Of a stretch of 64,000 nt of DNA, positions 50,159 through 59,607 are shown piece by piece. Each line of letters opens with the position of its first letter. The first letter of the stretch is position 1. The stretch is from Candidatus Bathyarchaeia archaeon (GTDB lineage: Archaea; Thermoproteota; Bathyarchaeia; Bathyarchaeales; Bathycorpusculaceae). The stretch is taken from assembly GCA_050015395.1 (NCBI GenBank), contig JBEKBM010000001.1, forward strand, positions 109,403-173,402. The letters run 5' to 3'. The notes beneath the pieces are model-generated. The model was not told the DNA's origin, made no database searches, and saw only the letters and a program-made list of their open reading frames with translations. A program made the position numbers and the translations under genes.

Positions 50159-50411
50159 GCGTGGCATTTTGCTTATGGCTATTGACTTCTTGCTTTTTTC
50201 CACATTCAGGGCAAAAATTTGCTGTTACTGGAATCCGGGTGTTGCATCGGGGGCAGATTTTTAGCAAAATTGGTTGACGCAGGGGTGCACCGCAGAAGTT
50301 GCAGTAGTTAGAGAACGATGCCACTTGTGACCTGCAATTTGGGCACGTTAAGTACTGGGAATAAGATGGAACAGGAACCATAATAAAAGCTGAAAGCATA
50401 GTTAACACCAC
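50130..50411 (-). CDS. Double zinc ribbon protein
   Basis: CPNC...CNFCG and CPRC...CPECG. Confidence 0.65.
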   Translation of the reverse strand: MVLTMLSAFIMVPVPSYSQYLTCPNCRSQVASFSNYCNFCGAPLRQPILLKICPRCNTRIPVTANFCPECGKKQEVNSHKQNATPTVKAANRG

Positions 50412-50688
50412 ATTGAATATGCTGCAACTTACTCTTTTCTCTTTTGTGTTGTAATCACTAAAACAAGTCAGCGTAGAGAAGGAATATTGCTTGCATTTGA
50501 TGGAAGGAGATTGGCGCGTACAAACAAACTAACGAGTGATTGATTCATTTCTAGGTTTTTTGGTGTACTGGCTGAAACAGTGAATCCTGCTATTTTTTTT
50601 AGCTTTCTTTAAGCAGGGTTAAAACAAAACCCTTATGCCTTTGAACACATTACTTAATATTAAATAATTGTGAAAGCGAGGAAGATGA

Positions 50689-50934
50689 CCGTTTAGTCCC
50701 AAAAAAAGAGCCCCGAGAAATGCAAAAAACAAGCGCGGTAAAGGCATTGATTACCCATTTGAAATTGGGGATGAATACGAAGTAGAAGTAGAAGATATGA
50801 CCCCGAACGGGGAAGGCATCGCCAAAATCAAAGGCTTCCCAGTCTTCATTAGCAACGCAAAACCCAACGAACACTTAAAAATAAAAATAACAAATATAAT
50901 CAGCGGTTGTGCAGACGCCCAAATAATCCCTTAA
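50689..50934 (+). pseudogene. Single-TRAM-domain protein lacking a canonical in-frame start
   Basis: YPFEIGDEYEVEVEDMTPNGEGIAKIKGFPVFISNAKPNEHLKIKITNIISGCADAQII*. An in-frame TGA lies at 50686 and there is no ATG/GTG/TTG before the domain. Confidence 0.7.
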
Positions 50935-51179
50935 TAGAGAGGGCGAACTGGACTAACTGCAAAGTTGTTTTTTGAAGGCCAAAATGCGGTTTTGTTGAAA
51001 TTGGCGCGATCAACAAAACTGTGCATTACTAAAATACAAATTTATGCATTATTAGTGCATAATATTTGATTCATCAAGCCTTCTTTTCAGGCGAAATACA
51101 GGATCCAAAGTTTCACGAGATTTAGGTTATAATAATAGGAGTCATAGTCGCGCAAGGGAAGCTGAAGAAGCTGAAGAAG

Positions 51180-51252
51180 TGCGGTCACCGGGATTTGAAC
51201 CCGGGTTGTCAGCTTGGGAAGCTGATGTCCTACCAAGCTAGACTACGACCGC
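51180..51252 (-). tRNA. tRNA-Gly (anticodon CCC)
   Basis: GCGGTCGTAGTCTAGCTTGGTAGGACATCAGCTTCCCAAGCTGACAACCCGGGTTCAAATCCCGGTGACCGCA folds as a cloverleaf with anticodon stem TCAGC/GCTGA; no intron, no encoded CCA. Confidence 0.96.
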
Positions 51253-51400
51253 AAATGCTTTTTGCATTTAGGCTTGTTTGTTTTAGGTTTGCATAAATAT
51301 ATTGGTTCTCATATTATTCTGACTTCGGTAATAACGCTTTAAATTTAGTAAGATGCAATGAAAACAGAATTAGAGACTGCTACTCTGGAGGTCAAAAGTT

Positions 51401-51763
51401 TTGGATACAGCGAACATTACAGTACTAATAGTAGATGATGACGAGAAAATCACAAAGACTTTCGCACGCATCCTTCAGAGAAAAGGATTCAACACCGACA
51501 CAGCCCAAACTGGAACAGAAGCCATCGAAAAAACCCGCACCAATCATTATGCTGCAACCATAATAGATGCAGAAATTCCAGACAGCACACTCATTCTCCA
51601 AAAGCTAGCCAAATCCAAAACAATCAAAATAGTAATCACAGACTTCCCTGAAGAAGCTATTCTAAAAGGAGCAGATGCCTGCTTAACCAAAGTTGTAAAA
51701 CCCAAAGAACTACTTTTTCTAATTGAAAAAATGCTAAAAGAAAAACAGACGACTAACCATTAA
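51401..51763 (+). CDS. Stand-alone response regulator receiver protein (diverged)
   Basis: LIVDDD, IIDAEIPD, VIT, LTK. Confidence 0.8.
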   Translation: MDTANITVLIVDDDEKITKTFARILQRKGFNTDTAQTGTEAIEKTRTNHYAATIIDAEIPDSTLILQKLAKSKTIKIVITDFPEEAILKGADACLTKVVKPKELLFLIEKMLKEKQTTNH

Positions 51764-51875
51764 CGATAAATTGTGGAATATTCTAAATTCGTAATAATGC
51801 TTTATACCTCTCAAAAATAACTAAAAGTACCAAGAAAAGGATACGTTAGCGAGCAACTGCATAGAAGGAAGAAAA

Positions 51876-52241
51876 ATGGTCAAAGAAACCAAAACAGTTC
51901 TAATAGTTGATGACGATGAGAATATCACAAGGACTTTCGCCCGTATTCTCCAGAAAAAAGGATACAACACCGACACGGCCAAAAATGGAAAAGAAGCCAT
52001 ACAAAAAGCCAATGCCAAATTTTACGCTGTAGCCCTAATTGACATTTGCCTTTCAGATTTGAACGGCATGGAACTCTTAGATAAGCTTGATGACCATGAC
52101 GGCAAAATGGTTAAAATAATTATCACAGGCTTTCCTACAATGGCACCTAAAAAGGGCGCACGTGCTGATGCTTACCTTTTGAAACCTGTAAAACCTCAAG
52201 AGCTTCTTTCAATAATTGATGAAAAAACCAAGGAAAAATAA
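51876..52241 (+). CDS. Stand-alone response regulator receiver protein
   Basis: LIVDDD, LIDICLSDLNG, IITG, LLKP. Confidence 0.88.
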   Translation: MVKETKTVLIVDDDENITRTFARILQKKGYNTDTAKNGKEAIQKANAKFYAVALIDICLSDLNGMELLDKLDDHDGKMVKIIITGFPTMAPKKGARADAYLLKPVKPQELLSIIDEKTKEK

Positions 52242-52337
52242 CGGTTAAAAAATAAGTTGTTTCTTACTTTTAGCATCCGAGCAAGCATAATCGTTATCTC
52301 TAACTAAGCAGAAAGAATACCGAGGAGAAAAACAGCT

Positions 52338-53417
52338 TTGCCTAAAAGTTACACATACACCGACGCAGGTGTAAACCGCCAACAACGAGCAGAGTCCAAA
52401 AAAGCGCTAAAAAACCTCCGAGAAACTTACAAGCACATCCGCTATGGCGTCGTTATGCATCTGCCATATGGTAACATTTTTCCAATCGGAGAAAACATTT
52501 TTCTGGATCTCGTCATCGAAGGCGTAGGCACTAAAGTTCTGATAGCGCAATTGGCACAGAAATATGACACTATAGGCATTGACGCTGTAGCCATGGCGGT
52601 CAATGACGTTATTCGTTCGGGAGCTAAACCGCTCGCCATAGCAGATAACATTCATGCGCAAGCAAGCGACCCACGGCTTGTAAAGGAGTGGCTAAAAGGA
52701 ATCATCCAAGGCGCCGCTCAAGCTGAATGCCCAGTTACTGGCGGAGAAACAGGCGATGTAGCTGAAATAATAAAAGGCTTAGCCGAAAACGCTGGCTTTG
52801 ACATGGTTGTCGCTTCCGTAGGTGAAGTTGAGCGGCAAGAAATCATAACTGGAGAAAACATCAAACCCGGCGATTCGATAATAGGTTTAGCCAGCAGCGG
52901 ATTGCATAGCAACGGCATAACAATGGCAAGAAAAATTCTCTTTAAGCAATGGGGCGGAAAATACCAGCCAAATGACATCCCACAAGGCTTAGACAGAGAA
53001 ATTGTACTCGAAATCCTTGAACCAACAAAAATTTATGTTAAACCACTCCTCAAACTAGCCAGCGAAGTAAAGGTCAAAGCAGCCGTGCATATCACGGGCG
53101 ACGCCTATATGAAATTCAATAATCTTGCCAGTTCCTCGCCAGGCATAGGCTTTGAATTCAACAACTTCAAACCCCAACCGATATTCGGATTGATTCAAAA
53201 AACAGCCGCTGAGCTAGGCTACACCATTACAGACGAGGAAATGTTCAAAACCTTTAACATGGGCTGGGGGTTCGGCATAATCGTTGACAAAACAGAAATC
53301 GACAAAGCCATGAATACGCTAGAGCAAGACAACATAAAACCTGAAATAATAGGAAAAGTAACAGACAAACAAACAGTAGAAATCCACTACCAAAACAAAA
53401 GGATGATATTGACGTAA
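52338..53417 (+). CDS. purM: Phosphoribosylformylglycinamidine cyclo-ligase (AIR synthetase)
   Basis: YTDAGV, EGVGTK, IGIDAVAMAVND, GGET, SSGLHSNG, HITG, TFNMG. Confidence 0.95.
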   Translation: MPKSYTYTDAGVNRQQRAESKKALKNLRETYKHIRYGVVMHLPYGNIFPIGENIFLDLVIEGVGTKVLIAQLAQKYDTIGIDAVAMAVNDVIRSGAKPLAIADNIHAQASDPRLVKEWLKGIIQGAAQAECPVTGGETGDVAEIIKGLAENAGFDMVVASVGEVERQEIITGENIKPGDSIIGLASSGLHSNGITMARKILFKQWGGKYQPNDIPQGLDREIVLEILEPTKIYVKPLLKLASEVKVKAAVHITGDAYMKFNNLASSSPGIGFEFNNFKPQPIFGLIQKTAAELGYTITDEEMFKTFNMGWGFGIIVDKTEIDKAMNTLEQDNIKPEIIGKVTDKQTVEIHYQNKRMILT

Positions 53418-53475
53418 AGTTTTGCTTTTTTTAGTACAAAAGCGTTTAAATCTTCTGGCTTAATTTAAAGGCTTT

Positions 53476-53727
53476 ATGAAATACCGCGCTAAAATAGAAG
53501 TTAGCCTAAAACCAGGCCACAGCAATCCTGAAGGGGAAACAACAGCCCGTTTACTGAAAGAACTCGGCTACAAGGTACAAGCCGTGGATGTGAGTAAAGT
53601 TTACACCGTCACCCTTGAAGCGCCAACATTGCAAGAAGCCAAGGTAAAGGCTGAAGAAATGAGCAAGCGTCTTTTGGCAAACCCAACCAAAGACAATTAC
53701 ACGATAAACGTTGAGGAGCAGAAATGA
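53476..53727 (+). CDS. purS: FGAM synthase subunit PurS
   Basis: VSLKPGHSNPEG...LLANP. Confidence 0.92.
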   Translation: MKYRAKIEVSLKPGHSNPEGETTARLLKELGYKVQAVDVSKVYTVTLEAPTLQEAKVKAEEMSKRLLANPTKDNYTINVEEQK

Positions 53728-56105
53728 ACGCTAACCTCTACATCCAGAGCAAAACAGGCTGTGCGCTTTATGAAGTTGCCCTAGCTAAAGCCAGCGACCA
53801 ACAACTCATCGAAATCAGCAACGAGCTAGCCTTGGGCTTAAGCCTACAAGAAATGAAAAGCATCCAAGTCTACTTCAAGGCGGAAGGCAGAAACCCAACA
53901 GACGTAGAAATGCAAACCATCAGTCAAACATGGTCAGAACACTGCTACCACAAAACCTTCAAAGGTAAAATCCAAATCGACGGCAAAGAAATTGACAGCC
54001 TATTTAAAACCTTCATTGCGAAAGCCACAAAAGAAATCAACCCGCCATGGTGCTTTAGTGTCTTCGAAGACAACGCAGGCATTGTACGTTTTGATAAGGG
54101 CTATGGAATAGCAGCAAAAGTGGAAACACACAATCACCCTTCAGCAGTTGAACCCTTCGGCGGCGCAGCCACTGGTGTTGGCGGCGTAATTCGAGACATC
54201 CTAGGTGTCTGGGCTGACCCAATCGCGTGCACGGACGTTTTAGGCTTCGGACCACTAGATTACGATTACACCAAGCTTCCTGCAGGCGTTAAACATCCAA
54301 AATACGTGTATATGGGCGTAACCGCTGGCATCAGCGCGTATGGAAACAATATGGGTATCCCAACCGTCAACGGAGCAATATACTTTGACGAAAGCTACAC
54401 AGGCAACGTCACCGTATACTGCGGATGCATAGGATTATTACCATTAAACAAATTCACAAAAAACGCCAAGCCAGAACACATAATTGTTTTGGCGGGCGGA
54501 AAAACAGGACGTGACGGCATCCACGGCGTAACCTTCGCCTCAGCCGAATTAACCGAAAAATCAGAAGAAATCTCCCGTCCAGCCGTACAAATCGCCGACC
54601 CGATTGAGGAAGAAAAAGTCAAACGCGCAATAATTGAAATCCGCGACCTTCAATTGGCATCGGCAACAACAGACCTTGGCGGTGGAGGTTTGTCCTCAGC
54701 AGTCGGCGAAACAGGCGAAAGATTCGATTGCGGAACAACCGTTGACCTTGATAAGGTACCGTTGAAGTATCAGGGTTTAGCCCCATGGGAAATTTACATT
54801 TCAGAATCACAAGAAAGAATGCTCATAACAGTGCCGCCAGAAAACCTTGAAAGGGTTATGGCAATTTTCGAGAAAGAAGACGTCCAAGCTACAGCAATAG
54901 GCAAACTAACAAGCGAACGCCGACTACAGCTTAACTTTAATGGCGAGAAAGTTGCCGACATGGACATGGCTTTTCTGTTTAATCCTTGCAAAAGCATGAA
55001 AACAGCAACCATTGAAATCCCAAGCTTTACGGAACCAGAGTTTTCCCATCCAGAAAACTTAACTGAGACCCTGCTGCAACTGCTTTCGGCTCCGAACATT
55101 GCAAGCAAAGAAAGCGTTATACGCACTTATGACCATGAGGTGAAAGGAAATACTACGCTTAAACCCTTACAAGGAGAGTACGCTGGACCAAACGATGCAG
55201 CTGTACTGAAACCGCTTGATGATTCATGGAAAGGCTTGGCAATTTCGTGCGGGATGAATCCGAATTATGGCAAGATTGATGCTTACTGGATGGCTGCTTC
55301 AGCTATTGACGAGGCAGTGAGAAACAACATTGCCGTCGGGGGAAGAAGAATCGCGCTGCTGGATAATTTTACATGGGGAAACCCTGAGAAGCCAGAGCGC
55401 TTGGGCTCGCTAGTAAGAGCCTGCGAAGCCTGCTACGACTTCGCAACAGCGTTTAGAACACCGTTTATCTCTGGAAAAGACAGCCTCTACAACGAATCGC
55501 CGCTGGGTCCAGTTACGCCAACGCTTCTTATTACCGCCATAGGTATAATTCCTAACATTCAATTTACCACGTCTATGGATTTGAAAGCGCCCGGCAACCT
55601 GCTCTACATCATTGGTGACACATTCAATGAGCTGGGCGGTTCAGAATACTACAAACTTAAAGGCTACTTAGGTGCAAGCGTGCCCAAAGTGAAAGGAGCC
55701 AGAGCCAAGCGCACGTTCAGAGCTGTAACTAAAGCCATCGATTTGGGCTTAATCAAATCGTGCCACGACCTCTCTGAAGGCGGGTTGGCAGTGACGGCGG
55801 CGGAGATGGCGTTTGCAGGTGGCTACGGCTTGGAGCTGGATTTAGGTAAAGTGCCTGGCAAAGCGTTAGAGCGAAATGACTTTGTGCTGTTTTCAGAGTC
55901 AAACAGCCGCTTCCTTATGGAAGTCTCAGAAAAAGATAGGCAGGAATTTGAGGCTTTAATGAAGGGCAAAAACTGCGCTAAAATTGGCAAAGTAACCAAA
56001 GACGAGAAACTGCTTATTCACGGGTTAAACCAGAAAATAGTAGTTGACGCTTCCCTTGCCGAGTTGCGGCGCAGCTGGAAAAGAACGTTAAGCGGTGAAC
56101 CCTAA
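53724..56105 (+). CDS. purL: FGAM synthase subunit PurL
   Basis: WSEHCYHK, KVETHNHPS, TGRDGIHG, SESQERM, SGKDSLYNE, HDLSEGG. Confidence 0.96.
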   Translation: MNANLYIQSKTGCALYEVALAKASDQQLIEISNELALGLSLQEMKSIQVYFKAEGRNPTDVEMQTISQTWSEHCYHKTFKGKIQIDGKEIDSLFKTFIAKATKEINPPWCFSVFEDNAGIVRFDKGYGIAAKVETHNHPSAVEPFGGAATGVGGVIRDILGVWADPIACTDVLGFGPLDYDYTKLPAGVKHPKYVYMGVTAGISAYGNNMGIPTVNGAIYFDESYTGNVTVYCGCIGLLPLNKFTKNAKPEHIIVLAGGKTGRDGIHGVTFASAELTEKSEEISRPAVQIADPIEEEKVKRAIIEIRDLQLASATTDLGGGGLSSAVGETGERFDCGTTVDLDKVPLKYQGLAPWEIYISESQERMLITVPPENLERVMAIFEKEDVQATAIGKLTSERRLQLNFNGEKVADMDMAFLFNPCKSMKTATIEIPSFTEPEFSHPENLTETLLQLLSAPNIASKESVIRTYDHEVKGNTTLKPLQGEYAGPNDAAVLKPLDDSWKGLAISCGMNPNYGKIDAYWMAASAIDEAVRNNIAVGGRRIALLDNFTWGNPEKPERLGSLVRACEACYDFATAFRTPFISGKDSLYNESPLGPVTPTLLITAIGIIPNIQFTTSMDLKAPGNLLYIIGDTFNELGGSEYYKLKGYLGASVPKVKGARAKRTFRAVTKAIDLGLIKSCHDLSEGGLAVTAAEMAFAGGYGLELDLGKVPGKALERNDFVLFSESNSRFLMEVSEKDRQEFEALMKGKNCAKIGKVTKDEKLLIHGLNQKIVVDASLAELRRSWKRTLSGEP

Positions 56106-56107
56106 AA

Positions 56108-56926
56108 ATGAAGCTGGAAGAAATCAAAGTCTGTGTTATGCGCGTCGGCGGAACCAATTGCGATGCAGAAACCCAGCGGGCTTTTTTGGAGTTAGGCGTC
56201 CACGCGGAGACTTTGCATGTTAACGAGTTAATAAAACGTAAAAACCTTCTTGACTACCAGGTGCTGGTTTTTCCAGGCGGCTTCTCATTCGGCGATTATG
56301 TGCGTTCAGGCGTAATTTTCGCACGATTGCTCAGTGCTAAATTAGGCAAAGAAATTGAAACTTTTATTGATGAAGGCAGACCGATTCTGGGAATATGCAA
56401 CGGCTTTCAAATATTGGTTGAGTACGGTTTGCTTCCAGGCTTCGAGGGAGTGAGCACTTATCCTGAAGCTACATTGACAACGAATGAACCGCAAGGCTTC
56501 AAGTGCCAGTGGGTTTATCTCAAGCATGAAAATAGGGGAAAATGTGCTTTTTCAAGCAAAATTCCAGCGGGAAAGGTGGTGAGGATGCCGATTGCCCATG
56601 GAGAAGGCAGGTTACTGTTCCCAAAGGAGAAAGAACAGGAAATGCTTGCAAAGCTAAACGATAATGACATGATCGTTTTCAGGTACTGTGACAAAAACGG
56701 CAACACTGCCGATGGCAAGTATCCAGCTAATCCGAACGGCTCTTTCTATGACATTGCGGGCATATGCAACATGGAAGGAAACATTTTCGGTTTAATGCCT
56801 CATCCGGAGAGGGCAATGTACTGGTGGCAACAGCCCGACTGGACACGCCAGCAACAGATGCTGCAGTACGGTGACGGAAAACTAATCTTCCAAAGCATAA
56901 TCGACAATCTAACCAAGAAGTGCTAA
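56108..56926 (+). CDS. purQ: FGAM synthase subunit PurQ (glutaminase)
   Basis: GTNCD, PGGFSFGD, LGICNGFQ, AHGEG, GLMPHPER. Confidence 0.96.
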   Translation: MKLEEIKVCVMRVGGTNCDAETQRAFLELGVHAETLHVNELIKRKNLLDYQVLVFPGGFSFGDYVRSGVIFARLLSAKLGKEIETFIDEGRPILGICNGFQILVEYGLLPGFEGVSTYPEATLTTNEPQGFKCQWVYLKHENRGKCAFSSKIPAGKVVRMPIAHGEGRLLFPKEKEQEMLAKLNDNDMIVFRYCDKNGNTADGKYPANPNGSFYDIAGICNMEGNIFGLMPHPERAMYWWQQPDWTRQQQMLQYGDGKLIFQSIIDNLTKKC

Positions 56927-57071
56927 ATCTACCTCGACAATCCATGTTTCAGCGGATGCGTTTATACATTTTTTGAGCTCGTCAAATCGAAAAATGCTTT
57001 TGGTAAATCAAAAGAATTGGCAAAAAAAGATATATGTGCCAATAACATCATTATTTGCCAGTGATGATCAT

Positions 57072-57320
57072 ATGTCTGTAGAAGTGGGCAAGTATGGACG
57101 CATAGTTCTACCTAAACAGATTCGCAAAAAATACGGCATGGATGAAGGCAATCGGCTTATCATCACTGAGTATATGGGGCGTATTTGTCTTGTCCCTGTA
57201 AGGAAGTACGAAAAGCCTACTGAGATGTTATATGGCGCCGTGAAGTTGGAGATGCCTATAGAGGAGCCAAAGCAATTAGCAAGAGAACATATTCGCAAAA
57301 AGTTGGTTGAGGGTTTATAG
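57072..57320 (+). CDS. AbrB/MazE/SpoVT-type antitoxin (VapB)
   Basis: VGKYGRIVLPKQIRKKYGM. ATG at 57072; its stop overlaps the toxin start. Confidence 0.85.
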   Translation: MSVEVGKYGRIVLPKQIRKKYGMDEGNRLIITEYMGRICLVPVRKYEKPTEMLYGAVKLEMPIEEPKQLAREHIRKKLVEGL

Positions 57321-57721
57321 TGGCCCGGTTCGTGGACACCAACGTCTTTATCTATGCTCTGACCGCTCACCCCCTTTTTGGGAAGACCGCTAAGAGTATT
57401 CTTGAACGTATAGAGAACGGTGAAACAGCCATAACTTCTACATTGGTAATGTGCGAGGTAGCTTGGGTACTAGAAGCCATGGGTAAGCAAGGAGATATCA
57501 AGCCCACTTTTGAAAAGATGCTGTCCTATAAGGCTTTAAAAGTCGTTGGTTTCAGCGGCGATGACATGTTGGTAGGAGCAAATAACATGGTTGCTGAGAA
57601 TTTAGATTTTAATGACGGCGTAAACCTTGCTTTAATGATGCGATTAGGAATTACTGAAGTGTATTCTAACGACCAAAAACACTTTGGCAGAGTAGACTTT
57701 CTAAAGTTGGTTTTCGGCTAA
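57320..57721 (+). CDS. VapC PIN-domain toxin
   Basis: FVDTNVFIY, STLVMCE, DFNDG, YSNDQKHF. Confidence 0.88.
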   Translation: MARFVDTNVFIYALTAHPLFGKTAKSILERIENGETAITSTLVMCEVAWVLEAMGKQGDIKPTFEKMLSYKALKVVGFSGDDMLVGANNMVAENLDFNDGVNLALMMRLGITEVYSNDQKHFGRVDFLKLVFG

Positions 57722-57778
57722 TCATCGAGCTTTACTTGCGCGTTGTCCCGAGGCTTCTGGGTTTTAATTCCATTAATT

Positions 57779-58693
57779 TTAATAAAGCGATTCTAAATCT
57801 TTCGAATACGGCAAGCCTGCACGAGCACCCATCTGCATTACGCTTCTCGAAGCCACAAAATTCCCCAGCCGCCCGCACTCATAGAGGCTTTTGTTGTTGA
57901 TTAAGCCGTAGAGGAAGCCAGCGCAGAAAGCGTCCCCAGCACCAGTCGTGTCAACCACTTTAACTTTGAAGGGCTCAATTCTTAGCCGCTCTTGACCATC
58001 TGTCACGTAGCAGCCTTTGCTGCTAAGTTTAACTGCGACAATTTTAACGCCCAACTCAATCATATAATCCGCGCCTTTGCAGTAATCAGCTTCTCCGGTT
58101 AAAAGTTCAAGTTCAACGGCGTTAGGCATCAAAACATAAGAACTTCTAATTATTGGTTCTATGGCTGCAAAACCCTTCTGAGCATACACTGAACCGGGAT
58201 CAAAGCTAATTTTAACGTCGCTAGGCAAGGCGGCTAAGAGCTTTTTTTGTGCACGAAAAGATTTTTCACCAACGAAAGAGGAGTAATGCAAAAATTTTGC
58301 TTGAGAAAGATAATTTCTATCTATTTCGCGAGGCTCGATTGTGTCGTTGACGCCTGAGTTAATGTATAGGGCTCTTGCACCTTTCTTGTCCACGAAACCA
58401 AGCACCGAACCACTTTTTCCCTGTTTTGCCTGAATGATGCCACTGGTGTCGACGCCTTCATTGCTAAAACAGTCAATTTGCAGTTTGCCTTCCCGGTCAT
58501 TGGCTACTTTTCCTATGAAGCCAACTTTGCAGCCGAGCCTCGCCAACCCAACCACGGTATTCGCGGCTGACCCCCCACAGACCTCAGTGTAATCTTCAAT
58601 GAAGCTTTCTTCTTCAGCCCCAGCAAGCCTATCAACTTTGAAAAGCATGTCAACGTTAAGTGCGCCGAAACCGACAACATCAAATTTAGTCAT
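57779..58693 (-). CDS. PfkB/ribokinase family (nucleoside) kinase
   Basis: GALNVD, GGSAAN, FDPG, PNAVE, DTTGAGDAFCAG. Confidence 0.93.
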   Translation of the reverse strand: MTKFDVVGFGALNVDMLFKVDRLAGAEEESFIEDYTEVCGGSAANTVVGLARLGCKVGFIGKVANDREGKLQIDCFSNEGVDTSGIIQAKQGKSGSVLGFVDKKGARALYINSGVNDTIEPREIDRNYLSQAKFLHYSSFVGEKSFRAQKKLLAALPSDVKISFDPGSVYAQKGFAAIEPIIRSSYVLMPNAVELELLTGEADYCKGADYMIELGVKIVAVKLSSKGCYVTDGQERLRIEPFKVKVVDTTGAGDAFCAGFLYGLINNKSLYECGRLGNFVASRSVMQMGARAGLPYSKDLESLY

Positions 58694-59607
58694 GGAAACA
58701 GCTCTCGCAAAAACATTTTATGTTCGCCTAGTTTGCCGCCGTAGTTGCCAGCGGAAACCTTCACGACCCCATCAACGCCTAACACTGCTCTGACTCCAGC
58801 TTTGGTTGCTTCTTTAACAGCATCTAAAGAAACGCCATCAAGCACTATTTCAGCTATGTAACCTACGCCTTCAGGAACACGGGATTCTTTGCCTAACCGC
58901 TCCTTAAGAGAGGGACAATACAAGTGGTTAGTTGTTGGACCAATCTTAGGAAAATGAGTTTCAGTTTTTGAGCCTGCAGAGCACACATCAAACGGCGTAA
59001 CCACACCATGAACATCATGGATTGCAGCTAAAGCTTTTTCTCCCGCTTGTTTTAAAGCTTGTTTTGTTTTGCACATTACCCAAAAGTTGCCGCCCATGAC
59101 GCCACGACCATAGCCTAAGTACCGCTCAATGACAAAGTCAGGAACCATCAATGGGACAACGATTACTTCTCTGCCATGACGCTTCTCTACCCATTCATAG
59201 CCGTCGCCGCAGTGCCCAACGCTCTCCATCATGTCCATTTTGCCTTCAGGACTCGGCAAAGCGTCATAGACAGCGGTGAAAGGCTTAACTAAGATGTCTT
59301 GGCGAATGCGGTAAGAAAGCTCAGTTTCAAACTTTTTCAATGATTCTGTGAAGTTTTTTTTGGGATTTATTTCTCCCCAGAACTGCAGTATTGCGCCATA
59401 GCGTTTGTCTGGAGTTTCCTTTGGACTTAGGTATTTTTCGACTCCGCCTTCCGTCCTGCCAATTACAACGGACGGCGTTGCTGTCGAATCCTCAGCAGCC
59501 TTGCGCAACGTTTCCTTATCGTCGGCTGTAACAATTACGCGGCAAAAGATTCCAGTAAATGCTTCGGCGTACGTGTCTTCTATTTCCGCTTTTGCCATTT
59601 TATCCAA
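58690..59607 (-). CDS. ftr: Formylmethanofuran:tetrahydromethanopterin formyltransferase-like protein (divergent Ftr paralog)
   Basis: IEDTYAEAF, TPDKRYGA, GDGYE, GVMGGNF, AGSK, PTTNHLYCP, EIVLDG, VSAGNYGGKLG. Confidence 0.88.
   Translation of the reverse strand: MDKMAKAEIEDTYAEAFTGIFCRVIVTADDKETLRKAAEDSTATPSVVIGRTEGGVEKYLSPKETPDKRYGAILQFWGEINPKKNFTESLKKFETELSYRIRQDILVKPFTAVYDALPSPEGKMDMMESVGHCGDGYEWVEKRHGREVIVVPLMVPDFVIERYLGYGRGVMGGNFWVMCKTKQALKQAGEKALAAIHDVHGVVTPFDVCSAGSKTETHFPKIGPTTNHLYCPSLKERLGKESRVPEGVGYIAEIVLDGVSLDAVKEATKAGVRAVLGVDGVVKVSAGNYGGKLGEHKMFLRELFP

Noticed and set aside
58690-59607. Reading ftr and mtrH as evidence of methanogenesis
   Set aside because: No mcr or other mtr subunits are in the window; both genes occur in non-methanogenic archaea, and this Ftr is divergent and embedded in a purine operon.
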